From Eledone cirrhosa (taxonomy: Eukaryota), in NCBI GenBank assembly GCA_964016885.1, contig OZ024745.1, positions 73,036,001-73,100,000 of the forward strand: 64,000 bases of DNA, read 5' to 3'. Shown here in pieces: positions 26,695-37,502 of this stretch. The notes beneath the pieces are model-generated. The model did not search any database. It saw nothing but the letters and a program-made list of their open reading frames with translations, and was not told the DNA's origin. The first letter of the stretch is position 1; each line of letters opens with the position of its first letter. The translations under genes were made by a program, and so were the position numbers.

Positions 26695-26860
26695 TTGTTT
26701 TTACTTTAGGCACAAGGCCAGCAATTAACCAGTGCATTACTGGTACTTTATTTTATCGACCCCGTAAGGATGAAAGGCAAAGTCAACCTCGGCGGGATTT
26801 GAACTGAAAATGGCAAGGGCCGTAACTCTATGCGTCAAAGCATGACGTCCGATTGCGTCA
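26695..26860 (-). mobile_element. tRNA-derived SINE copy (family A)
   Basis: Reverse complement of the 14935-15118 copy. Confidence 0.8.
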
Positions 26861-26944
26861 TGGTAATACACAAGGCGAAAGGGGTGGACAAACGAACCGC
26901 TGCCAGAACAAAAGATAACTATATCGCGAGCAGCAATGGAAAAC

Positions 26945-27200
26945 CTCTCTAATAATATTTGAAGCAAGCCAGCACGTTGGCAGCGTTACCTCGGGTGATT
27001 TCGAGGCTGATGCTCTGAAACAGCCAAGGGCCTTCACGGGCATCTCCAGTTACCTCGGTAAGGCGAGATGCCAGAGAAGACAACAACCTCGCAGTTAGCG
27101 GCCTAACTTCCCCAAATGTCTTGAACGCCACAGACTGGAAAACGTAGTTAACCGACAGATTACGGTATTTCAGAATTTTGTTCCGTTCGGTTACGAGATG
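26945..27200 (-). mobile_element. CRE-clade LINE 3' fragment
   Basis: VAFKTFG..LASRLTEVTGDAREGPWLFQSISLEITRGNAANVL, the conserved CRE C-terminus. Confidence 0.8.
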
Positions 27201-27880
27201 ATGATGATAATTTCTTTTTTTAAGTAAACAAAGTAAGGGGAAATAACTTCGTAAAAATTGTTTTATGATTGCAACCCTTGTGAAAAAGCTTCCACGTTTA
27301 TGTAAATATTTGTCTATCGCATCTGTTGAATCAACACTCGGGTTCCAATTAGGTTGTCTCCGTTGATTTTTAAAAAAAACAGATTTAGTTGTTTAGTTTA
27401 CATATTGAGACCCCAACTTATTCATTTTATTACGTATGGGATTTTCAATAATGTACTTTTTTTTTGACATGTATGTTTTCTAATGTTTAAAGAAAATTAA
27501 TTGTTGCAGAAATGTTACCACTTAAAATAAAATTTCGCCGGAATTAGATTAGGAAAATTTAATATGGAGACCCCAGACTAGTTAAGTTATTGACCTATTT
27601 ATTTTTCAACCTAGTTACGTATTTATCAATATACTGACCATAACATTTGCAGCTATTATAGTTGTTATGTGATTCTTTTACAGTCGATATTTTAAAGGAA
27701 AGCAAGTTCAGAAAAAATATTCACAATAATATAATTCATTCATATGTTATTTAATGATCTACACAGTTTTATTTCTTTGATTGTCAAACCCACACCACAA
27801 TATGATTGGTTTTCGATAGCAGCATAGAAAGACGATGTAAAAGGATGATGGTGATAATATATATATATGTGTATGTGTGT

Positions 27881-28159
27881 GTGTGTTTAAACAATAGAAA
27901 CAGAAGTCAGGTGTCGGTAGAGAGTTAATTCATTGTTTTACGCTCGTTTCAGAGGGTCGATTGAATGGTGGAGATCGATGTATCGACCAGCATGGTAGTG
28001 GTTAGGTTACTACCCATTACCAGTTTTTAAGTTAACTTAACCACTACCATGCTGGTCGATATATTAATCTCCACCGTTAAATCAACCCTCTGAAACGATC
28101 ATAAAACAAACTAACTCTTTACCTACACCTGACTTCTGTTTTTATTGTTCAAACACACA
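27881..28159. mobile_element. Fold-back MITE-like element (imperfect inverted arms of about 125 bp)
   Basis: aacagaagtcaggtgt..tttcagaggg..tcgaccagcatggtagtggtta is mirrored by taaccactaccatgctggtcga..ccctctgaaa..acacctgacttctgtt. Confidence 0.75.
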
Positions 28160-28267
28160 GATATGTAAATGACTCAGTAACCCGGATTGATTTTCTGGTC
28201 ACACTGCCGATTCTCGCTACGACTATCCTTCCTAGCATACATTGAGTTCTAATAACATTATCAGCCC

Positions 28268-28697
<430 letters not shown>

Positions 28698-28913
28698 CGC
28701 TTCTGAATTTGTTTAGCAAGATTCTTTATCTGAAAACGTGTGTTGAAACCGATATTGTTATGCTTTGGGAGGGTCATGTTGCTAATAAGAAACACACGCA
28801 CCAGGTGCTTTCACTTCAATTTATTATAATAAATTTATAAATTTAGGAATTTATAAATTTATAAATTTCCGGTTGCTTGGTTGGTTCCACAACCAGATGA
28901 TTGTTTATATATT

Positions 28914-28956
28914 GTCAAAGTTCTTTCGTCACACATTCTGTGACCTCTTCAGTGAC
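28914..28956 (-). ncRNA. Minimal type I hammerhead ribozyme motif
   Basis: Minus strand: gtca CTGAAGA g gtcaca-gaatg-tgtgac GAAA g-aa-c TT tgac. Stem I gtca/tgac, stem II 6 bp, cleavage triplet CUU. Confidence 0.7.
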
Positions 28957-29159
28957 TGGGGATTCTTTTCTTTGTTTTTTTGTGCCTCTCCTTTGTTCTG
29001 TCCTACGCCATCTTGTTTTTGTGTGTGTGTTGTGTGCTTAGTTTGCGCATGTGTTACATCCGGGTGTCTGTGTGTGTTTATATTCGTTTATTTATTTGTT
29101 TATTTACATGTTACTGGTTGGTTTTTTGTTCTATGTGTGTGTGTGTTTTCATTTTGTCC

Positions 29160-29335
29160 TTAATTGTAAGTTGTGATGTTGCTGTTCCACTCGTGTTTTC
29201 TATTTAATTTTGGTTGGAGTTCATTTATGTTTATTGCCTCTGTGATTTGTCTAAACATTGCGTCTTTTCTGTGTGTAGATTCTATTTTTATTTCTATGTT
29301 CTCTAATTTACCCTTATGTATGTTTATGTGTGTGC

Positions 29336-29336
<1 letters not shown>
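29160..29336 (-). pseudogene. C-terminus of a PLE GIY-YIG endonuclease (Neptune-like)
   Basis: Manual translation: THINIHKGKLENIEIKIESTHRKDAMFRQITEAININELQPKLNRKHEWNSNITTYN*. Has the H..H, RQI.EA..I and LN.K.EW motifs. Not in the ORF track. Confidence 0.75.
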
Positions 29337-29410
<74 letters not shown>

Positions 29411-29411
29411 C

Positions 29412-29462
<51 letters not shown>

Positions 29463-29792
29463 TTGTGTGTTGTGTGTGTGTGTTTGAATTTCTTTTTACT
29501 TAAAAAAAGGGGGCTCACGAAGGCTTTTTTTTTAATAAACGTAATTTGATTGGTTAAAAATGAAATTATGGCTGTCACGTGAACAAGTTTTCATTAAATT
29601 TTCGCACCCTTATTTGGAAATCTATTCTGTAGGCTTTTTAGAGAATTTTATGACAAGCAAAAGATAATGGTCAAGAGAAATTGGATGGGAGAATTGTTCT
29701 GGTTCAGTGAATATGGTTAGTTTGCTGGGGTGTCAAAATTCAGATTTTCTATTGAATAAAGAAATTAAAGATATGTATGTTTATTTGTGTGC

Positions 29793-29851
<59 letters not shown>

Positions 29852-29935
29852 AATTTCTTTTTACTTTAAAAAAAAGGGGGCTCACGAAGGCTTTTTTTTA
29901 ATAAACGTAATTTGATTGGTTATAAATTAAATTAT
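29330..29935. repeat. Two tandem (GT)n-containing units
   Basis: (GT)n followed by ttgaatttctttttactt-aaaaaaagggggctcacgaaggc occurs at about 29484 and 29849. Confidence 0.85.
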
Positions 29936-30100
29936 ATATATATATTGTTATACTTTGGGAGGGTCATGTTGCCAATAAGAAACACACGCACCAGTTGCTT
30001 TCACTTCAATTTAATTTATTAAATATTTATAAATTTACAAATTTATAAATTTCTGGTTGGTTGGTTGGTTCCACAACCAGATAGTTGTTTATATATATAT

Positions 30101-30145
30101 AGTCATAGTTCTTTCGTCACACACTCTGTGACCTCTTCAGTGACT
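30101..30145 (-). ncRNA. Minimal type I hammerhead ribozyme motif
   Basis: Exact reverse complement of 30251-30295. Confidence 0.8.
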
Positions 30146-30250
30146 GGGGATTTCTTTCTTCGTTTCTGTGCCTTTCCTTTCTTCTATCCTACGCCATTTT
30201 GGCGTAGGATAGAAGAAAGGAAAGGCACAGAAACGAAGAAAGAAATCCCC

Positions 30251-30295
30251 AGTCACTGAAGAGGTCACAGAGTGTGTGACGAAAGAACTATGACT
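30251..30295 (+). ncRNA. Minimal type I hammerhead ribozyme motif
   Basis: agtca CTGAAGA g gtcaca-gagtg-tgtgac GAAA g-aa-c TA tgact. Stem I agtca/tgact, intact CUGANGA and GAAA core, stem II 6 bp, very short stem III, cleavage after CUA (30290). Confidence 0.8.
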
Positions 30296-30508
30296 ATATA
30301 TATATAAACAACTATCTGGTTGTGGAACCAACCAACCAACCAGAAATTTATAAATTTGTAAATTTATAAATATTTAATAAATTAAATTGAAGTGAAAGCA
30401 ACTGGTGCGTGTGTTTCTTATTGGCAACATGACCCTCCCAAAGTATAACAATATCGGTTTCAACACACGATTTCAGATAAAGAATCTTGCTAAACAAATT
30501 CAGAAACG

Positions 30509-30577
<69 letters not shown>

Positions 30578-32324
30578 AATCCCTTCACACATACTGACCC
30601 CTGAATGATATATACAAATAATGATATATATATATAAAAGAGAGTATTGAAATTTGCTTGAAGCATTGTGGAATAATAAGATATATTTTCTTTAGGTCGT
30701 TTTAGAAGCCTCAACAATGCAGATGGGTAATTCTCCGGGTAACGAGATCCGGTGGTGAAGAGAAAGATGTAAGTGAATGTAGAATGAGATATATAGTGTG
30801 TAGAAGAACGTAGGAAAGAGCATAACAAATAAAAATAATAACACGAGATAGAGTTACCTTGGGAGAGATTTAATTGTCCCTATATATTTCGGAATCACAT
30901 TCATCAATTGGGGAGTTTTCCGGGATTTTTTTAATTTTTAATAACTTTGGCATTTTTTTTATCATTAAGACAATTTTACAAGTCAAAATAATCAGTATCA
31001 TTTACAATTACCATCTGCCATTGTTTAAGAAGGTACATGATTCCATATATGTAGAATCTTCTGGCTTCAATGCAAAGAATTCTGTCAGCTAAAGATCAAT
31101 GGAAACAATGTTTCCTTGGTCCAATTTGGTGAGTTCCCCCCACCCCCCTTGGTAAGCGAATGAGGTCAGATCTTGTCGATCGATTTGATCAGTCGATATC
31201 ACCATAAATTTTTCTAAACCTGAATGTGCGCCATTGAAAAGTAGGTGAGCAGTGCCATCCAGTCCCCACTCCCCCGTTTTCTTTGGGGACAAGCCCACTA
31301 CTAACCAGTGCCAACTGTTCATATAATGTTTTCAACACAACCCTCTATCATTCACAAAATTAGTTCACTTAGTCTGAAGAAAAGATAGGTTGTTCTCATA
31401 TCATTTGCTATGGTGAGATTAAAGTCAGCCAAACAAATTTGAACTGTGAACAGGAAACGAAATTGAATACTAAATGGTATTTACTTTCTGACACATAACA
31501 ATCTTGTGTAGTTTAATATAAAATATGAACAGGAAATGTAGATAAGAGATACACATATAAGGTTGAAAATTGTCTAGTAATTGATCAAAGAAATTAGTCA
31601 ATATTCTCCAGTATAGCCATTGGGGAAAATACATGGCTAGTATGTTTAAATAAAGGGATGTAACAGCAGTCATTGTAATAATTGTAACAGCAAGATTATG
31701 GCTATGGTTGAAAAAAAAGAAGTAATAGATTGTTTCATCAGGCAGACCACTTTCTCTTCATTGTGATAGTTTGATAATAGAGGAAAGTATGTCATCTCAG
31801 GTATGTAAAATATATCATAGTGTAAAGAAACTAAACAACTCTGAAATATACCTTTGCTCTAAAACAGATGAATTTTTAAGATATTGTAGCAGTTACCTCC
31901 CTGTGACTCACAACCCCAATAGATTAACAACATCTAGATGGGAAGTAGAACCCTTTCTGTAACTTCCGGTCAGAACCCTATAAAACTAACAACTTTAAGT
32001 TCTCACTCTCTCATTTGCCCTTCCGGCGCCTGGCCTTCGCCAGGTGTCTTCTGCCAGCCTGCGTTTGCCTGGCAATCAAAACGGTAACTACTAACTTTGC
32101 TTCATTCTTTCGTTTATTCATTGACATGTCAACTATACTGTTAAATTGTTGATTAAATATTATACACACAAACCATGTCTCCTTGTTACATTCATACACC
32201 GCTAGTTCTTCGCTACAATATTCAGAGATATGAGCACTATTGAGCTATGTTGAATACATTTAAAAAAGACATATATAGCATGTGTAGAAACTGCAAGTTT
32301 TAACTGTGCATAATATCAGTTCCA

Positions 32325-32480
32325 AGGTGGTAAATTAGCAGAGCTTAGACTGTTGGATAGAATACTTTGTGGTATTTATTCCAGCTCTCTGCTCTCTGTG
32401 TTCAAATTCCACCAAGGTCAACTTTGCCTTTCATCCTTTCAAGGTTAATAAAAAAAAAAGTACCAGTCTAATACTGGGAT
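32325..32480 (+). mobile_element. tRNA-derived SINE copy (family A)
   Basis: gtgttcaaattccaccaaggtcaactttgcctttcatcctttcaagg..aagtaccagt. Confidence 0.75.
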
Positions 32481-32669
32481 CAATCCTTCCTCTATATCTC
32501 TTTCTCATTTACTCTCTCTCACTTTCTAATCCTTCTCTGGAAGAAATCTATATTCAGACCTGGAGAGTGATGGGCTCTGCCAGGCTTAAAATGCCCAAGA
32601 AACACTGTATGCTAATGCAGTGACCTTATGACTCCATCAGGAGTTATGGGATTTAAAAGTAAAAAGAAG

Positions 32670-33330
32670 AATATTAATATGCAAAGGTTGTTAACTAGCT
32701 ACTGGAAATTAGTTTGGTATCCACTGGTATCTCGCCTTCTGAGAGTGTCTCAGTCATTCTCAATAGTGAAATTTTGGAAAAGGTTGATCAGTTGAGCTAT
32801 CTTTGCACTGCATTCATTACTGCAGGCTAACGTGATGATGAGATAGATGTCCACATTAATCATGTATGCTCTGCATTCTGTTGTCTTCAAATCTGGCTCT
32901 GGCTTGGGTTAAAGATCCATCTGGTCACAAAAATTCAAATCTACCAGATGCTTTTTGCACCATCCTTCTGTAAGGTAACAGACATGGCTAATAAGAGTGA
33001 TAGGCTTATGTAAACTGGAAGTTTTTAACCACTTTTACTGTTGCCAAATTCTCTAAGTTCATACATTGGAATCTGTGTTAGACTATGAAATTTACCATCA
33101 ACATTGAATCATTTACCTTCAAGGACTACTAGTCAAAATGTGCTTTTGTTAGTTTGTTCATGCACTCTGTAACAACAGGAGATGAACTCATTCACAAGGT
33201 CATGCCAGAACCTCACCCAAGCTAGCATATATGGAAAGCTGGACAGGTGAAAATGTGGATTGGAATGAACAAGTCAGATTTTGAGCTAATTTCAGGTCTT
33301 CACATATATGGTGTCTGCTGTTGAAATAAT
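32670..33330 (+). mobile_element. Highly degenerate RTE LINE fragment
   Basis: LNSEILEKVDQLSYL, DDEIDVHI and TKIQIYQ motifs. Confidence 0.55.
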
Positions 33331-33369
33331 TGTGATTGATTGCCAATATCCATAGTGATTATCTGCAAT

Positions 33370-33930
33370 TGCTGTATATACCTACTCTCACCTTACTAAC
33401 AGCTCTTGTATACATGGCTTGCATTGCTCTTGTGAGCCCTTCTTCTATGCCTAGCTTCCCTAAGGACCACCAGAAGATAGAATATGGTACTCTGTCAAAG
33501 GCCTTCTCCAGATCAACAAAAGACAGATATAATGGTTTACACTTAACTCGGAACTTCTCTTATAGTTGTCTTACTAGAAAGGGGACATCTGTAGTATTCT
33601 TCCCTGGCACAAAACCAAACTGTATCTAATCTAATTGGTTCTTTCCCTAATAAGTTGTGCTAACTGTTTCTGTCACTTTCATTACCTGGTCTATTAGTTT
33701 TATACCCCTGTAATTGCTCCATTCTTGTGCATCACCTTTTCCCTTATAACAGTTGATGAGTATTCTACAACGCCAATCATTGAATGTGACTCCATCTTGT
33801 ACTACCTGATTGATTATGTGGTTGAATAATTAAACTCCTACTTCCCCAGAATATTTCAGCATTTCAAATAATATGTTTGATGGCCCAGCAACCTTGTTAT
33901 ATTTCATCTCCTTGATTGCTTCCTTAACAC
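33370..33930 (-). mobile_element. RTE LINE fragment (RT N-terminal half)
   Basis: Minus strand encodes CYKGKGDA, QFGFVPG and FVDLEKAFDRVP, homologous to the 55263 copy. Confidence 0.85.
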
Positions 33931-34083
33931 ATCATCATCATCATCATTCTCATCACTGTTTAACGTCCATTTTTCCACACTAGCATGGGTTAGACAAGTT
34001 GTCCTATTGTGAAACAAACCAGATCAGGTAACCATGTCTTATTCATACACACACACATATATATACAAACACACTCATATAAT

Positions 34084-34140
<57 letters not shown>

Positions 34141-34369
34141 GTGTGTGTGCGTGTGTAAAAGGTAAACAGAAATAATAACACAATTGGTTCAGTATATGGA
34201 AGGAATATATTATGTTAACGCTTGAAATAGCTAGTCCTTCATGACTCATACACTGTTCATTTTCCTAACATTTGAACATTATTCTATGTACTATACATGC
34301 ACCTTTGATGAGTTATAGTGCACCTGAGCACTGTACGCAATAATTTCATTATTATTATTATTGTTATTA

Positions 34370-35165
34370 CTCCTTGAGTCTCAGTCATTGATGTTAGTTA
34401 ACTGGAAAGTTTGTTGGAATGAATATCAAGCCACTACCTGCAGCCTCAGATATTCAGGACGTATCGGAGGGTTCTTGCTGTTCCCAGCAAGCATGCCTTT
34501 TGAAGCGTTCCAAAAAGCGTGAAGGGGCCGATTTTCTTTAACCATCCCTGGAAACTTTTGGAGATAGTCCCTAGTGCGCCTATGACAATCGGGATCACTT
34601 TGACTTCATGGCAGTTCCAAATCCTTTTTACCTCCCACTTTATGTCCTGGTATCGGTTAATTTTCTCCCTCTCCTTCTCTTGCACTCTCGTGTCGAATGG
34701 GCAGGCCACATCCACAATCAGGCACGATCTTTTTTCTTTGTCCACAACCACCAGGTCAGGTCTATTGTGTTCCAGTTTCTTGTCCGTCTGTATCCTAAAA
34801 TCCCATAGCACCTTCACCTGATCGTTCTCTATCACCGCCTCTGGCTTATACTCATACCATTTCTCAGAATGTGGTAAACTGTTTACTTTGCACAGGTGCC
34901 AGTGGATCACCCTGCCCATCACATCATGTCTCCAGCCCTTATAGTGGGTCTGGGCTAGGTGTTTACACTCAGATACAATGTGAGCCACAGTCTGCTCTCT
35001 CTCTCCACAGATCCTGCACAGTGGGCTAGCCTCCTCCTTGTAAATATGGTGTTTCAACCACTTCGTTTTGAGGGCCTGCTCCTGCGCAGCTATTAACATT
35101 CCTTCTGTAGCCTTTTTAAGGTCTCCTCTTTTCAACCAGTTCCATGTCTGTGGATCTCTAAATTC
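34370..35165 (-). mobile_element. 5'-truncated R4/Dong-clade LINE (CCHC + restriction-like endonuclease)
   Basis: Open 229-codon frame: TEGMLIAAQEQAL, CRICGEREQTVAHIVSEC, WRHD, WDFRIQTD, NRPDLVVVDK, IVDVACPFD, EKINRYQD, IPIVIGALG. Flanked by (TAA)n on both sides. Confidence 0.92.
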
Positions 35166-35166
35166 A

Positions 35167-35221
<55 letters not shown>

Positions 35222-35434
35222 GAATGCTATGGTTGACGGAGGCTCGGCTCTGTAAGGTATTGTAAATTTTGAACGCTATAACAATTGTAAATTGTTTAAA
35301 ACTTTAACAAACTTGTAGACAAAAACACCCTCCTCCTCGTGAGAGGGGTCTTTCTGCCCGTTATTTGGCCCTTCGGGGTTAAATAACTGCTTATTGGGGT
35401 TTTGTGCCCAATATTTATTTTAAACAAAAAAAAC

Positions 35435-37473
35435 ATGGCTACGAAAAAGAATTTTCATAGGTCACTCCCACTCATTCCGTCTTCTTCTTCCTCAATCGTC
35501 ACTACAGCAGAGAGAAGATTGTCTCTCTCCCTCCCTTCTCTTTCGCAAGCGACGACAGAAAAGAAAAGTCTCGTGCAAAGCGTGCAAGATTTCTCCACGA
35601 CGACGACGACAACGACGAAACAGGTGTGCGGGAAATACGAAAACCCATTTCATTCGTCTAACGTCAGGAATAATAGCAGCAGCAGCCGTAATAACAACAG
35701 CAACAGTGACAATGAAAACAACAGTAGCAGCCGCAACAGCATCAGCAGCAGCATAAACAACAACAGCATTAGCAGCAGCAACAACAACAACAACCACAGC
35801 AACAGCCGCGGCGGCAGTAGTCGTAGTACCTGCAGCAACAACAAAAGTAACAGCAGCTCTGACGACAACAACAAGAACAGCAGCAAAGAAAAACCAATCT
35901 CGTTTGCAGGTATCGCGAAGAACCTGGAAACAATCCTCATAACAAATGAGGAATTAGAGTAAGCGAAGAAGATGGTGACAAAAACTGGACACCGAGCAAT
36001 CTGCAAGGCACCGTACAGTAAGTACAAAATCCCGTAGGGTTGAAAGAGCCACAGAGGCTCAAATACAAAAAACCTTGGGGTCTGTGTGGCAGCGGAAAAC
36101 GCACATCACCCGAGGCAAGAAATATGCCACCGATGACGTACTTTTTGCCACACCCCAGGAGGCAAAGGCTCAATCCGTAGTGACCCTAAGAAGCGAGGAA
36201 ATGGTGTTGGTGCCTTCCTACCGCAGGCAAAAAATTGTGAGGGTCAAACTGACCCACGTCCCCCCCCCCCTCGGGATGGCCCCTTCTTGGCTGGCCGCGT
36301 CTGTCCTCGTCGGAATCGAGGACAAAACAACTGTACTGCAAGTACAGAAAAAAGTAAGAGAAGATTGGGTCGGCACCTCCATTGAGATGTTAATCCAAAC
36401 CAACCAGGAGTGCATCGAAGCTATCCCGGATGTGATAGACTTCGATAACGGCACTCAACTGCCCATAAGTGTTGAGGGCAAACGCCCGAAATGCTTTCGC
36501 TGTGGATCGAAGACTCACCTCAGGGCCTTCTGCAACGAGAAGATCCTGAGAAAGGAGAAAACCCCCCCTCCTTCCGAAACCGGCTCCACGGCTACCAGCA
36601 ACAGGACAAGCGGCAACCAGGAACGATAGGTCCGTGGCACCCATACCCACGCCACGGAAATCAAAAACAGCAGCAGTAGTGGAAGTATTAACAACAACAA
36701 CAGCAATACCAAATGCAGCTGCAACAGAGACTCCAGTGCAAACATCACCAACAACAACAAGTGAAAGAGTGGAGCTGGTACCCCTCCCCGACCTCACAGA
36801 ATCAGACATGGAGTGTGAGGTGGGAGAGGGATGGCAAAAGGTCGTAAGAAGGCACAAACGCAGAAGCAGCGCATCGTCGCCTTTGAAAAGGGAGGAAAGA
36901 AATGAAAAGAGGGTAAAGTCTACTGCAAAGAGACTCACAGCAGCAACACCACCAACACCATCACCACCCATACTAGCACCACCATCACCACCGGCGACAA
37001 CCCCACCGCCAACAACACCTTCAACACCACCACCACAAGCACCAACATCGCAAACACAACAACAAAACACACACACCCAGCAACAACGACAAGAAAATAG
37101 CAGAACCAGAACCCACCCCCAGAAAAACAGATGCACGGCAATAAATACACACAACAAGAAACTAATGACTTACATAATTGAACACACAGACATTTCACAA
37201 CACGACTACATAATACCAGCACCAATCAAAACGCCAACTAACATAAGACTGCTAAAAATAGCACAGAAACAATACACAAACATTAAAACGAAATTCCCCA
37301 ACGCAGTTGGTGATTTCAGAGACCTAGGAGGAACTATCAACCGAAGAGTATATTCGGACATACGCATAGAAGAGCCGACGACCAGCCGAAGGGACGATTC
37401 AACGGTCCCTTCACCAGACGATCAAGTGAAAAGGGATGGAAAAACCATCCCTCCTCTACGAAAAGTACGGTAA
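35435..37473 (+). pseudogene. Tx1 ORF1 (gag-like, zinc knuckle CFRCGSKTHLRAFC), disrupted
   Basis: Three consecutive ORF pieces (35402..35962, 36075..36629, 36634..37473) in shifted frames, with S/N-rich and P/T-rich tracts. Confidence 0.8.
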
Positions 37474-37502
37474 GTGGTCTTTCCCATCTTTTCCACTCTA
37501 TT

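Larger units (their letters stand above)
29942..30454. repeat. Perfect palindrome: 255-bp arms, 3-nt loop (centre 30198)
   Basis: Centre ..cctacgcca-ttt-tggcgtagg.. ORFs 30065..30259(+) and 30137..30331(-) are mirror images. Confidence 0.95.
28696..30511 (-). mobile_element. Non-autonomous Penelope-like element with three hammerhead-containing pseudo-LTR copies (two direct, one inverted), inserted in (TA)n
   Basis: Repeat copies at 28696-29012 (-), 29942-30197 (-) and 30199-30511 (+). GIY-YIG C-terminus at 29160-29336 (-). (TA)n on both flanks. Confidence 0.8.
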
